This document shows, one piece after another, positions 19,702 through 30,747 of a stretch of 64,000 nucleotides of DNA; position 1 is the first letter of the stretch, and the number at the start of each line of letters is the position of its first letter. A program made the position numbers and the translations under genes. Under the pieces are notes generated by a model. The model ran no database searches. It was not told the DNA's origin and saw only the letters and a program-made list of their open reading frames with translations. This DNA comes from an uncultured Planctomycetaceae bacterium. GTDB taxonomy: Bacteria; Planctomycetota; Planctomycetia; Pirellulales; Pirellulaceae. The stretch lies in NCBI GenBank assembly GCA_963715275.1, contig CAVQSF010000033.1:16004-80003 (forward strand), written 5' to 3'.

Positions 19702-21687
19702 TTGTCGACCGCCCCGCAGACCCAGCTCGCCAACGGAGTGCCAGTGTCGTTCACGTACGATTCGGATACCAAAGAACGTGTCCGCACCGCAACGGACATT
19801 GTCGACCTTATCGGCAGCCGACTTGAGTTGCGCCGACAGGGGCGGAATTATGTGGCGCTATGTCCCTGGCACGCCGACTCGCGTCCAAGCTTGCAGATCA
19901 ATGCTGAAAAGCAAATCTGGAAATGCTGGGTGTGTGACATCGGTGGCGATGCCTTCAGCTTCTTAATGCGAGATGAGGGGCTTACTTTTCCCGAGGCTCT
20001 GCAGAAACTGGCTGATCGCGCTGGCATTACGCTTTCGCAGACACCAGGCCAACGCAGCCAGCCCGGTCGAGACTCCAAAACGGACCTCTACCGTGCTCTG
20101 GCTTTCGCAGAAGAATTGTTTCATCGCTACTTGCTGGAAAGCGAAGAGGGTGAACGTGCCAGACGTTACCTGGATGAACGCGGCATTACGGCCGAGTCGA
20201 TCAAGAGCTTTGGCATTGGCCTGGCCCCAGACAGCTGGTCCACATTGTTTGATCGTTCGGTTAAGGAAGGGCTGAGCCAATACGTCCTCGAGGCAGCGGG
20301 GCTGGTCATCAAACGCGATAGCGGAGGTTGCTACGATCGATTTCGCAACCGTCTGATGTTTCCGATTCGCGATCATGACCAGCGTGTTATCGCCTTTGGT
20401 GGTCGTGTGTTGCCGGGGTCCGAGGAAGGGGCCAAGTACATCAACTCGCCCGGGACTAGACTCTTCCAGAAGAACCAAGAACTGTACGGTTTTGACCTGG
20501 CGCGCGATTCGATCCGACAGAGCCGACAGGTCGTGGTCATGGAGGGCTATACTGATGTCATCATCGCCCATCAATGCGGGCTTGAGAACTCGGTTGCCGT
20601 GTTGGGCACTGCCCTCGGTCAAACCCACTTGAAGACACTCAGGCGTTACAACTGCGATTCGGTTGTATTGCTGCTCGACGGCGACGAAGCGGGCCAGAAG
20701 CGCAGCGACGATGTTCTCGAACTGTTTCTGCACGCTCAACTCGATGTACGCGTACTGACCCTGCCGGAGGGCATGGATCCGGCGGATTTCCTACTCCAAC
20801 GCGGCTTGCCAGCGCTTCAAACCATGATCGCGTCCGCGGCCGACGCTCTGGACTTCAAATTGCGGCGTGTCACGACTGGCTTTGATCCTGCGAGGGACAC
20901 ACATCGTGCCAATCAGGCAGTTGAACAAATGCTGGCGCTGCTGGCCAAAGTGCCGGCCAGCGGTCTGATTTCGAACGATGCCTTTCGCGTCCGACAAAAC
21001 CAGCTGCTGCCGCGGCTAGCGCGTCAATTCTCGATTCCCGAAGAGACTTTGCGAGACAGGTTGACCGCCTTACGTGAGCAGCAGTCACGTTACGTGCAAC
21101 GCAGCCAGCTGCCGCCGCAAAAGGCAGCTCCCCTGCTAAAACCGGGTGACCTGTCACCCTTTGAGCGAGAACTTTTGGAACTGATCATCGTGGCACCCCA
21201 GGTTGCCCCAATTGCACTCGAACGGGTGCAATCGGGCTGGCTTGAGTGCGAAGCGGCCAAGCTGATGCTGGACGCTTATGAGCAGCTCGAGTTCAGTGGT
21301 CAGTCACTGGAATTTGACAGTGTGTTGATCGCCTTGGAAGACCCTTCGCTGAAGAGTCTGCTAGTCACCCTTCACGAGCAAGCCCAAGCCAAGTTGAAGT
21401 TCACGCGTGAATCAGCCGAACAGCGGTTGCATTCATTGACGCATCGGATGGGTGAAAAGCAAGACGAATTTCGTCGTCAGCAACGGGTTTTGGAACTTCA
21501 AAATTCAGGTCTCTCTGAAACGGAGGAATTGGACGTTCTACAAGATTTAATAAGGCAAGCCCGTTTACGACAGGGGCTCGCGGATGCAGGAGCATCCCAG
21601 GACGCTTCGCCCATGCGTCCCGGCGATGTGCCATCCCCGACAGCGATCAGTGACGTGCCATCCACTGAGCAGTCACCGCCGGAGTAA
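19702..21687 (+). CDS. dnaG: DNA primase
   Basis: CPWH..CWVC zinc finger, DRFRNRLMFPI, FGGR, KYINSP, EGYTD, DGDEAG, DPAD. Confidence 0.95.
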   Translation: MSTAPQTQLANGVPVSFTYDSDTKERVRTATDIVDLIGSRLELRRQGRNYVALCPWHADSRPSLQINAEKQIWKCWVCDIGGDAFSFLMRDEGLTFPEALQKLADRAGITLSQTPGQRSQPGRDSKTDLYRALAFAEELFHRYLLESEEGERARRYLDERGITAESIKSFGIGLAPDSWSTLFDRSVKEGLSQYVLEAAGLVIKRDSGGCYDRFRNRLMFPIRDHDQRVIAFGGRVLPGSEEGAKYINSPGTRLFQKNQELYGFDLARDSIRQSRQVVVMEGYTDVIIAHQCGLENSVAVLGTALGQTHLKTLRRYNCDSVVLLLDGDEAGQKRSDDVLELFLHAQLDVRVLTLPEGMDPADFLLQRGLPALQTMIASAADALDFKLRRVTTGFDPARDTHRANQAVEQMLALLAKVPASGLISNDAFRVRQNQLLPRLARQFSIPEETLRDRLTALREQQSRYVQRSQLPPQKAAPLLKPGDLSPFERELLELIIVAPQVAPIALERVQSGWLECEAAKLMLDAYEQLEFSGQSLEFDSVLIALEDPSLKSLLVTLHEQAQAKLKFTRESAEQRLHSLTHRMGEKQDEFRRQQRVLELQNSGLSETEELDVLQDLIRQARLRQGLADAGASQDASPMRPGDVPSPTAISDVPSTEQSPPE

Positions 21688-21807
21688 ATTGTCTTGCCCA
21701 AACGCGACGCTGTGATGCACTGATGCATTCATAACACTAAATCGTTTCCACAAGTCAGCGCACCATTCCCGTAAGTCGCTGGCTTCAATACAAAAGGAGT
21801 TGTTATC

Positions 21808-23526
21808 GTGGAACTTGTTGACCTAGACCTTCGCCAATTACTCGCCACCGGAACCGAACAAGGCTTCCTCACTTATGCCCAAGTTGGAAAGTATCTTCCA
21901 GATGAGGATACCAGCAGTTCCAAACTTGACCAGCTGCTCGTGGTTCTGGACAAGCGGGGGATTCAACTCGTTGATAAGCCTCCGGCAGCGAGAGCTATGC
22001 TGGATCCGGTGGCGGACGAATCTCTTATCGCGGTCGATGACGAAACAAATGAAGTGTTGTCCGACGCGGAATTGCCTTCCGACGAATTTGGAAGCGATGA
22101 CGAACGATTGGAGACGCAGGCCGCAGTTCACACCGAGCAGCCCAAGCTGAGCGACGATCCGATCCGGCTGTACCTGAGCCAGATGTCCGAGATCCCCTTG
22201 TTCAGCCGCGATGAAGAAATTGCACTGGCCAAAAAGATTGAGATCACCCGCAAGCGATTTCGGCGGAGCTTGCTTGGAAATGCTTACGCCCTGCGCCAAA
22301 CAGTGCAGATACTTCGACGCGTCCACAAAGGGCATCTTCCGTTTGATCGAACCATTAAGGTTTCACTGACGGAGCGTCTGACCAAGGAGCAGGTATCCGC
22401 CAGAATGCCACATAACCTGGCGACGCTAAAACGACTGATGGCGAGCCGCCGTGAGGTTTTTCTAAGAATCGCCAGCAAGCATGTCGAACCCCAGGTCAAG
22501 GCGTCGCTTATTCGAGATTACGTACGGCTGAGGGAAAAGTGCATTGTGTTGGCGGAAGAGCTGAGCTTGCGCTCGCGGCGTGTTATTCCCAACATGCAGC
22601 AACTGGAAGAAATCGCCGATCGCATGGACAACCTGCGAGCCCGTATCACGGAGTTGCGTTTGGATCCACAGCAAGCCGCGGAGTGTGAGCGCCTCAGCTC
22701 GGAACTGCGGAAATTGATGGTGCAGGTCGAAGAAAGCCCAACCTCGCTACGCAATCGCGTTCGTGAAGCCCGTGAGCACTTCAACGAATACGAGACGGTC
22801 AAACGTGAACTATCGCAAGGCAATCTCCGACTGGTGGTATCGATCGCCAAAAAGTATCGCAATCGAGGCATGAGTTTCTTGGACCTCATCCAGGAAGGTA
22901 ACACCGGCCTGATGCGCACCGTCGACAAGTATGAATATCGCCGAGGATTCAAATTCTCGACGTATGCCACTTGGTGGATACGTCAAGCTATCACGCGGGC
23001 TATTGCCGATCAGGCCCGCACTATTCGTATTCCGGTGCACATGATTGACGTGCTGAGTCGCCTGCGCAACATTCAAAAGCAACTCACGCAGCAGCTGAAA
23101 CGAGAGCCCTCGATGGAGGAGATCGCCGCGAAGACCGACATTCCGGTAGAGGAAGTCCGCCGAGTGCTCGACATCGGCCGGCACCCGACCAGTTTGGACC
23201 GGCCCGTGGGTGAAGGTGAAGACAACAGCTTTGGTGAGTTTATCGAGGACAGCGACCACGGTAATCCAGTTCGTAACGCCAGCAACGGCTTGTTGCGAGA
23301 CAAGATCGATACCTTGCTCAAGTCGCTCACCTATCGCGAACGAGAAATCATCCGCTTGCGTTACGGCTTGGTCGATGGATACTCCTACACACTCGAAGAG
23401 GTAGGACGCATCTTCAAGGTAACGCGAGAACGTGTGCGGCAGATCGAGGCCAAAGCGGTCTCCAAAATGCAAAATCCCGTGCGCGCCCAGCACTTGGCCG
23501 GCTATCTCAAGCCCAACGCCGCTTAA
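21808..23526 (+). CDS. rpoD: Primary sigma factor
   Basis: Region 1.1 [52 protein letters not shown]. Confidence 0.95.
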   Translation: MELVDLDLRQLLATGTEQGFLTYAQVGKYLPDEDTSSSKLDQLLVVLDKRGIQLVDKPPAARAMLDPVADESLIAVDDETNEVLSDAELPSDEFGSDDERLETQAAVHTEQPKLSDDPIRLYLSQMSEIPLFSRDEEIALAKKIEITRKRFRRSLLGNAYALRQTVQILRRVHKGHLPFDRTIKVSLTERLTKEQVSARMPHNLATLKRLMASRREVFLRIASKHVEPQVKASLIRDYVRLREKCIVLAEELSLRSRRVIPNMQQLEEIADRMDNLRARITELRLDPQQAAECERLSSELRKLMVQVEESPTSLRNRVREAREHFNEYETVKRELSQGNLRLVVSIAKKYRNRGMSFLDLIQEGNTGLMRTVDKYEYRRGFKFSTYATWWIRQAITRAIADQARTIRIPVHMIDVLSRLRNIQKQLTQQLKREPSMEEIAAKTDIPVEEVRRVLDIGRHPTSLDRPVGEGEDNSFGEFIEDSDHGNPVRNASNGLLRDKIDTLLKSLTYREREIIRLRYGLVDGYSYTLEEVGRIFKVTRERVRQIEAKAVSKMQNPVRAQHLAGYLKPNAA

Positions 23527-23571
23527 CCCACGAGGGCATACAGGCAGTCTAAGATCGGAGAAGGAAGCACC

Positions 23572-23610
23572 CAGTAGGCCGTAACCAGCCCCGCGAGTTA
23601 CGGCCTACTG
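23572..23610. repeat. GTAG-type REP, family B, solo palindromic copy
   Basis: CAGTAGGCCGTAAC...GTTACGGCCTACTG; same family at 36.1-36.3 kb and 37822. Confidence 0.8.
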
Positions 23611-24011
23611 CATCCTCCGTCTGAAAGTTCTTGGGGTTCTCTCCCATGCCCCACCACTTTGCTTCTCTTTGGCACCGTTCAGCGTTGTGTCGTGCTGGCA
23701 CTGTGTCGTGCTGGGAGCTCTGTGCTTGGCCCTGGGAGCTCTGTGCTTGGCCAGTCACGCCTGTTGCCATTTCAACCGTCATCTTTCCTACGACTGGCAT
23801 GAGGCTTGCCGTTGATGATCGAAAACGCAGCCGAATAACCGGAATCTCGGACTTCGGGCGTCTACGCAGGCGTGCGTGTGCGAATTAGCCCGACAAGACG
23901 TGACATATCAGCACACCTACAGATCGCCTGTCTAGCCCGCCGGAATCGAGAGTGACACTCTTCGGCTGCAATGGCAAGTCGAGCAAGCGTCGCACACGAA
24001 AGGTGGGTAGC

Positions 24012-25382
24012 ATGAGCGGGAAGAATCGGAGCGTTCCACGTCGTACTTTTCTCAAGAAGTCCGGGTCGGCGGTGGCGGTAGGATCAGCTGTACCGTATGT
24101 CATTCCATCAGGCGTACTGGCCGCACAAGGTCGTCCGGGGGCTAACGATCGATTGACATTCGGCTTTGTCGGCGTGGGGGGTAAAGGCGGGTCGCATTTG
24201 CGGGAGATGGTCAGCCGCCAGGCGCGGGGCGAAGTGAACATAGCCGCCGTCTGCGACATTGATGACAAACGACTGGCCAACGCGTCTCGTACGGCGGGTC
24301 CACAAGCAGATTGCTACAGCGACTACCGTTACCTGCTCGACCGTGACGACATCGACGGAGTTGTAATCGCCACGCCCGATCATTGGCATGCGGCGCAGAT
24401 GGTGCACGCAGCCGAGCAAGGAAAACACGTCTATGTCGAAAAGCCGGCCTGTTGTACGGTTGAAGAAGGGCAAGCCATGGTTGCCGCAGCCAATCGCGCG
24501 GGCATTTCGGTACAGGTTGGCTCTCAAGGCCGAAGTCAACCGGAGGCCTATTTGGCCCACCGCTACCTCGCGAACGGCAACATTGGGAAGATTTCGAGAG
24601 TCGACTGTTTTCATTACCCCAGTCCGGTTGGGGGATTCGCGCCTGATAGCGAGCCACCGCCTGAATTGGACTGGGACTTCTGGCTCGGCCCGCTGCACTG
24701 GCGTCCTTATAACCGAGGGTACTGCCACGGGACGTTTCGCTGGATGATGGAATCCGGCGGCGGGCAGATCCGCGACCGCGGAGCTCATGTGATGAGCTGC
24801 GCTATGTGGTGGATGAACGCTGACGGAACGGGCCCCGTCGAAATCGAAGCAGAGGGCCAGGCACCGGAACGCGGGCTGTGGGATTCAGCCGTCAAGATCA
24901 ACGTGACTTACACCTTCAAGAACCCGGATTGGGTGCTCACCTGGAATCAACCGGGCGAACCTGTTCCGCCGGAAGACCGCACGGGAGATGAGCCTGGTGG
25001 TCGCATCTCTCGCCCCGGCTATGGGGCCGTTTATCGAGGAGATGCAGGCACGTTTACGCATTGGGGTGGAGACGGAGGCACTTGGGCAGAACGCAAGGCA
25101 CGCGAGTGGGAACCCGGTGCGGGAGCGATTGATGTTTACCAGAGCCCCGGTCACATGGAAGACTGGTTTGAGTGTATCAAAACCGGCAAGAAGACGATCA
25201 TGAACATCGAGGCCGCCGTGGGAGTGGCAAACCTGTGCGTGCTCGGCAACCTGTCGTTCCTATTGGGCCGCAAGCTCAAGTGGGATCAAAGCCAGCAGGT
25301 GGTCGTGGATGATCCCCAGGCGCAGCGTCTGATGGGCCGACCGCAACGTTATCCGTATGCGCTCCCAGCGGAGTTGATCTAA
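24012..25382 (+). CDS. Tat-exported Gfo/Idh/MocA oxidoreductase
   Basis: PRRTFLKK, GVGGKG, IATPDHWH, VYVEKP, DWDFWLGP. Confidence 0.9.
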   Translation: MSGKNRSVPRRTFLKKSGSAVAVGSAVPYVIPSGVLAAQGRPGANDRLTFGFVGVGGKGGSHLREMVSRQARGEVNIAAVCDIDDKRLANASRTAGPQADCYSDYRYLLDRDDIDGVVIATPDHWHAAQMVHAAEQGKHVYVEKPACCTVEEGQAMVAAANRAGISVQVGSQGRSQPEAYLAHRYLANGNIGKISRVDCFHYPSPVGGFAPDSEPPPELDWDFWLGPLHWRPYNRGYCHGTFRWMMESGGGQIRDRGAHVMSCAMWWMNADGTGPVEIEAEGQAPERGLWDSAVKINVTYTFKNPDWVLTWNQPGEPVPPEDRTGDEPGGRISRPGYGAVYRGDAGTFTHWGGDGGTWAERKAREWEPGAGAIDVYQSPGHMEDWFECIKTGKKTIMNIEAAVGVANLCVLGNLSFLLGRKLKWDQSQQVVVDDPQAQRLMGRPQRYPYALPAELI

Positions 25383-25418
25383 AAACTACCACATCAAAAA
25401 GCCCTCCAATCGATAAGG

Positions 25419-25997
25419 ATGAACTCCATGCAATCACTCAATCTTGAAACATTGCTAGCCAATATCCGCAGCGAAGATGACGGTGTGCGTGCGGCCGCCC
25501 GTGACTCTGCAGGCCTTGTGGGTGCTAAAGCGGTCGCGCCCTTGGCTAAGATCGCTGCCGGCGACGAACTCGAAGAATCGCGTGCAGCCCTGCGCACCAT
25601 CCAGAATATTGTCTATTACGCTGGTCGTCCCGGCGCGGACGAAGAAGCCAAGGCGGTGTCGGTCGAGTTGCTAAAGCTGCTGGGAGACTCGCAGCCGTTG
25701 CAACTGCGTCGCGAGGTACTGTGGATGACATGGCAGATCGCGGAAGAAGAAGCGGTCGAGCCCGTGGCAGCTCTGTTGGCCAACGATGATCTTCGGGAGG
25801 CCGCGAGGATGACCTTGGAGCGGCTACCTGGGCAACGCGCCACGCAGGTCCTCCAAGCCGCCTTGGCATCTGCCACGGCCAAAGATAAACCCGCATTGGC
25901 ATACTCGCTGCGCGTGCGTGGCGAGGATACTCCCGGAGTCCCCGACTTGAGACTGATTCCAACCAAAGGAACGTCAGTCGTGCCAATCGGGCGTTGA
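25419..25997 (+). CDS. HEAT-repeat-like helical protein
   Basis: VRAAA, AVAPLAKI, AVEPVAALL, LREAARMTLERLP. Confidence 0.65.
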   Translation: MNSMQSLNLETLLANIRSEDDGVRAAARDSAGLVGAKAVAPLAKIAAGDELEESRAALRTIQNIVYYAGRPGADEEAKAVSVELLKLLGDSQPLQLRREVLWMTWQIAEEEAVEPVAALLANDDLREAARMTLERLPGQRATQVLQAALASATAKDKPALAYSLRVRGEDTPGVPDLRLIPTKGTSVVPIGR

Positions 25998-26137
25998 AGA
26001 ACGTGTGATTGTTGGCAAATTGCAACGCACCAAATCGAGCGCTGCACGCCTTCAATGCAAGTAGGGTGAATTAGTTTTGTCCGTCGGTTGAGCGCAGGCA
26101 GATCCTCTGCTGCGGAAGAGGGGAGAGTGGGTCAGAC

Positions 26138-27469
26138 ATGAAGGCTTGCCACCATATTCTTGGTTGGAGCATCGCATTGCTCTTTGCTTTCGGTTGTTCC
26201 TCGGCTAACAGGTCGGAATCCAGTTCGTCGTCCTCTGATGCGACATCGCCCGTCGTGGCGGCCACTTCCGAACTGGGCGATGCAAAAACCTATGCTCACA
26301 TCGTGGAGAGTATCGAAGCATGGGGCGGAACGATTGATTTTGATCGGAATGGACAACTCGTCGCCATCGACTTAAGTGAGGCGACTTTCTCTGATGAAGA
26401 TCTTCCGCGCCTGTCAGAGCTACCTCATTTTCAGCGGCTCAGTCTAAAGGGCGCGAAGATTACGGACGCTACGGTGGCTTTTCTGATTCAGCTTGAAAAT
26501 CTTACGAGCTTGGATTTGGACACCGTGGGTTTGACCGATTCAGGTTTGGAACAGCTGATGGGTTTGAAGCGACTAGAACGCCTTCGGCTTCACCGTGTAA
26601 CCAACATGTCCGACGGGGCCGCGGAGTATTTTAGCCAGCTTCCTGCGTTGCAGGAGCTAGTTCTTACAGACAGCTACATCAGTGATGGTGGCTTGTATTT
26701 CATTTCGCAGTTGGGGCATCTGCGATGGCTGGATCTCGAAGGGAGTGATCTTATCGGCGACTCGGGACTAGAATTGATCGCCGACATGAAAAACTTGCAG
26801 ACACTTCGAATTCGCAGTCGCGGAGTCAGTGACAGCGGATTAGAGTATCTCGCCGCGATGCCGCAATTGCGGAGCTTGGCTATCAAAGACTCCCTCGCGG
26901 TCAGCGACTTTGGACTGGAATTTATCGGCCAGTTAACTGGACTGAAGGAGCTTTCCTTGGCCCAAGCCTATCAAGTGACCGACGACGGATTGGCGTACTT
27001 GGTTGGGCTCACCAACTTGCGCAAGCTCGACCTCCGTCGGTTGGGTATCAACGGAACGGGGCTGGTCCATTTGCAAAGCATGAAGGCCCTGGAGTTCCTC
27101 GACCTCGGCGGGACTTCCATTAGCGATGAGTCTTTGGTGCACCTATCCGCTCTTCCCGCCCTGACAACGTTGAACGTGATGGAAACTCCGGTAACGGACA
27201 GTGGGTTGCAGGTGCTGGGTGAGCTAACCGGACTGCGCACGCTGATTTTGCGCGACCTGGCCATCTCGGATGCGGGCTTGTCAGACTTGGCAACTATCGA
27301 AAATCTGGGACGTCTGGAATTGAGCGGTACGCCAGTGACCGATGCCTCTGTCCCATTGCTGTCCGGATTCGCGGGACTACGGGAGTTAGACGTGGCCGGA
27401 ACGAACATCTCCGAGGCAGGATTAAGTGAATTGAGAAAATCACTCCCCGCAGCAACGATCAAGCGGTAG
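26138..27469 (+). CDS. Leucine-rich-repeat lipoprotein
   Basis: Lipobox-like LFAFGC; ~14 repeats of LxxLxLxxtxvsDxGLxxL. Confidence 0.88.
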   Translation: MKACHHILGWSIALLFAFGCSSANRSESSSSSSDATSPVVAATSELGDAKTYAHIVESIEAWGGTIDFDRNGQLVAIDLSEATFSDEDLPRLSELPHFQRLSLKGAKITDATVAFLIQLENLTSLDLDTVGLTDSGLEQLMGLKRLERLRLHRVTNMSDGAAEYFSQLPALQELVLTDSYISDGGLYFISQLGHLRWLDLEGSDLIGDSGLELIADMKNLQTLRIRSRGVSDSGLEYLAAMPQLRSLAIKDSLAVSDFGLEFIGQLTGLKELSLAQAYQVTDDGLAYLVGLTNLRKLDLRRLGINGTGLVHLQSMKALEFLDLGGTSISDESLVHLSALPALTTLNVMETPVTDSGLQVLGELTGLRTLILRDLAISDAGLSDLATIENLGRLELSGTPVTDASVPLLSGFAGLRELDVAGTNISEAGLSELRKSLPAATIKR

Positions 27470-27530
27470 GGTCAGCGGTATACGAGTTTGTGGGTCGAGA
27501 TGTGTAGATACTCATGCTTATCAGTCGCCA

Positions 27531-29027
27531 CTACCGATAATCGGCGCCTGTTAAACTGGTCAGCACGGACCGTTGCCAATCCCCTAGCATCTCTTCCATG
27601 CTTTGTACTCGAGCCGGCTGGCTTGCCGCGATGTTTTTCGTCTCAGCTGGATCCTCGTGCAAATTGAAAAGCTCTTTTTGAACTTCACCCTCGTCGTGGA
27701 CGACCAACTTGAATTCGCCATCCAAAGCGACTCGCGGTCCTGTGAAGTCTTGCGGCAAAATTTCGGGGTGATGGTAGTTTTCGAAGTTACGAGTGGCAAT
27801 ACCGTTCATTAGTTTGACCAGTGGAGTGGTTCCTTGTTGCAGCTGTGGAGCAATGTAAGGCTTGAGTCCAGCCGTGCCTCCGCTCTGTCCGCCATAACTC
27901 CAGAAGAAAATCGGACTTGATCGCGATTGCATTTCGCCATCGAAGAGTGGCACCAGACTGATACCATCCAGCGGCCGGGACGGTAGTTGTTGGCCAGTCA
28001 ATGCACAGAGGGTGGGTAACATATCGCTGGTTACAGCATTGATTTGACTAGTCCGCGGTTCGGAAATTCGCTGTGGCCATTCAATAATTCCAGGAACCCG
28101 GATTCCGCCCTCGTACATCTGGGCTTTTTGGCCGCGAAACGGGGAGGCAACCAGTCCACTGGGTGGCGTGCCATTGTCGCCGCAATACCACAGCAATGTA
28201 TTCGAACGCAGGCCTTCGTCCGCCAGGAACTGCCGCAGGGTTCCGAGAGCTCTGTCCATGGCCGTGATTTCAGCGAATCGCTCACGTAGCACCTCGCGCA
28301 AGGGGCGCTTGGTTGGATTGCCCGTCTCATTGGAGGTCAGTGAGACCTCGCGGTTGGCATACCCTTCAGGCAATTCGTCATACAGTGCCAGATCTTCTGC
28401 AAGTCCACTGTAGGGCTCATGGGGCGAGCCGAACCAAACAACCGCCAAGAATGGTTGCTGTTTTTCCTGAGCTTGCTGGATGAAACTAATCGCTTCGTCA
28501 ACTACGATTTCCGAGCTTTCGCCCTTGAACTGCTGCGGCGGACCACCATTGCGCGACAGCCAAGGGTTGAGTTCAAAGAAGTTGTCATGCGACAACCAAG
28601 AATCGAAACCCATGGCACCGGGATTTGTCGGCGATGCTGCTTTCACAGGTCCGAGGTGCCACTTGCCGAAATGCCCACACGCGTAGCCGGCCTTGCTCAG
28701 CAAGTGAGCAATCGTGATTTCTTCCGGTCGAATCGAGCAGTTGGGTGTAAAAGTGCCATAGCGATTCGGATGCCTTCCCGTCAGCACGCTACCTCGCGTA
28801 GGCGAACATGTCGGGTGGGCCGCGTAGAAGTGATCTAGCCTAAGCCCATTGGCCGCCATTTCGTCCAGCGTCGGCGTCTTCACATGTGGGTGGCCGTTGT
28901 AACCGGTTTCCTCCCAACCATGGTCGTCACCCATGCACAAAATGATGTTGGGGCGTTCGCTGACCTGGGCTTGAACCAATTGCGTCGCCAACAGGCATAG
29001 TAGCCAAGCTCGAAATGCCGTTTTCAT
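27531..29027 (-). CDS. Formylglycine-dependent sulfatase
   Basis: RPNIILCMGDDHG, CSPTRGSVLTG, GKWHLG, DNG, YEGGIRVP. Confidence 0.92.
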   Translation of the reverse strand: MKTAFRAWLLCLLATQLVQAQVSERPNIILCMGDDHGWEETGYNGHPHVKTPTLDEMAANGLRLDHFYAAHPTCSPTRGSVLTGRHPNRYGTFTPNCSIRPEEITIAHLLSKAGYACGHFGKWHLGPVKAASPTNPGAMGFDSWLSHDNFFELNPWLSRNGGPPQQFKGESSEIVVDEAISFIQQAQEKQQPFLAVVWFGSPHEPYSGLAEDLALYDELPEGYANREVSLTSNETGNPTKRPLREVLRERFAEITAMDRALGTLRQFLADEGLRSNTLLWYCGDNGTPPSGLVASPFRGQKAQMYEGGIRVPGIIEWPQRISEPRTSQINAVTSDMLPTLCALTGQQLPSRPLDGISLVPLFDGEMQSRSSPIFFWSYGGQSGGTAGLKPYIAPQLQQGTTPLVKLMNGIATRNFENYHHPEILPQDFTGPRVALDGEFKLVVHDEGEVQKELFNLHEDPAETKNIAASQPARVQSMEEMLGDWQRSVLTSLTGADYR

Positions 29028-29078
29028 TGAACCTAAATCCGCCAAGTGAAATGTGAAATATCTATGGATTGGTGCTTG

Positions 29079-30681
29079 TCAATCGGAAGCTTGGTCCCAA
29101 AGCCGATACGGGTCATCCAACCGTCGCTGCTCAGCCAGCAACAGTGCCTCGAGCTCTTGTCGCTTCTCCGCATAGCGTGGATCGTCGGCTAGGTTGACCT
29201 GGTGCGCCAACGGGCGATAGCCGGTCAAAGCGACGACCTCCTCGGCGTGATGCTGGGACAGGAACTCATAAGGATTCTCAAACAGGTTGAACATCTGCGT
29301 CTCACGCACGGTGCCCTCCAAGACGTCGTACTTGATCAGCTTCCAGCCGTCCGCGGTCTTGACACTCCGCATGCCTGGTTTGGTTCCGCCACAGTAGACT
29401 CCATAAAGAACATCGCGCACACGCGCTTTTTTGCCCTCCAGGACGGGCCGAAAACTTACTCCCTCCATCCCTTCTGGAGTCTCGATACCTGCCAGGTCGC
29501 ACATCGTCGCAACCACATCAAGCAGATAGATGAAGCCCGACACTTCGCTCTCGGCTTTAATCCCAGGACCTCGGACCAGAAACGGAACTCGCCAAGTGTG
29601 TTCGTAGAGATTCTGCTTGCCTGTCAGTCCGTGACGACCGACCGCAATGCCGTGATCAGCGGTAAAGAAAACGTAAGTGTTATCTAGTTCTCCCAGCTCT
29701 TCGAGCTGGTTAAGGACACGACCTACCTGTTTATCAATATTCTCGATACAGGCGTATTCACGGCCCAGTTCATTGCGAATCGTGGCCTCGGAGCGATCCG
29801 TCATCACGCCGGAGACTTTCGTTTCATCTCGAAGCCCGGGGTGACCATGGGGAAACGGGTGTGCTGGCAAATAATTGAGCTGCAGTGGCGGTGCCTTGGG
29901 ATTCCCAGCGGTCGGAGGTTGTGTGGTATTGATCGCACCATATTTCTCCAGTAATTCCGGCTTGCCGTTGCGTGGATCGTGCGGGTGCGAGAACCCAAGA
30001 AACATCAAAAAGGGATCGCTGTCGCCATCAGCTTGTCGCTTTTTGAGAAAGTCCATGGCTCGTTCGCCATGCCAAGCGCTTCCATGCTCGTCGTCGGCTT
30101 GCCTCATGTCTTTCTCATGCAAGACGTCGAACAGCACGCTGGCAGGGGGAAAGGTATTGCCGCGTTTGCAAGTCCGGAAGGTATCGTAGCCGGCTGCGTT
30201 GAACAGGGCAGGCATGCTGCGCTGCGCGACGAAATCAGTTAGCTGCTGCTGCGTTTCTTTATCGTCTTTCCCCGCAGGAGTTTTTCCCTTTGCACCAGGA
30301 ATGCGCCACACGGTGCGTCCGGTCATGATCATCGTGCGCGAGGGGCGGCAGACTGCACCCGACCAAGAACCCATGTGATGCGCGTCGTAGAAGAGCATGC
30401 CCTCTTTCGCAAGCCGATCAATATTTGGAGTGTTACAGACGGTGTTCCCATAAGCACCCAGCGTATGCGGCGACTGATCATCCGTCAGTATGAACAGAAA
30501 ATTCGGACGATCTGCGGCGCACGCATCGTCGACATGTGCACTCGCGCAGACCAAGAGAAGGGCCGATACCCCCGCGACTAACTCCAGCTGCCATGTTGCC
30601 CCGCCGAGTCAGGCGGAGCTTCGAGGCGGAGAGCGCGGGAGCCGACGAGAACTTTCTGGATGGAACTACAAAGTCAGTCAT
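29079..30681 (-). CDS. Sulfatase (choline-sulfatase-like); probable frameshift in the signal-peptide region near 30570
   Basis: RPNFLFILTDDQ, CRPSR, DHG, GKQNLYEH; ORF 29079-30554 lacks a good start, and an upstream ATG at 30681 lies in another frame. Confidence 0.85.
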
Positions 30682-30747
30682 CTGCGAGCCTATTGGGTAA
30701 GGGATGCGGTCGTGGGCTAGCCCAGTCACTTTCTTGTTTGCTCTTCC

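Noticed and set aside
23545-23572. SRP RNA-like GAAGGAAGCA motif
   Set aside because: Lacks the paired CAGG-GNRA domain IV helix and the long enclosing stem
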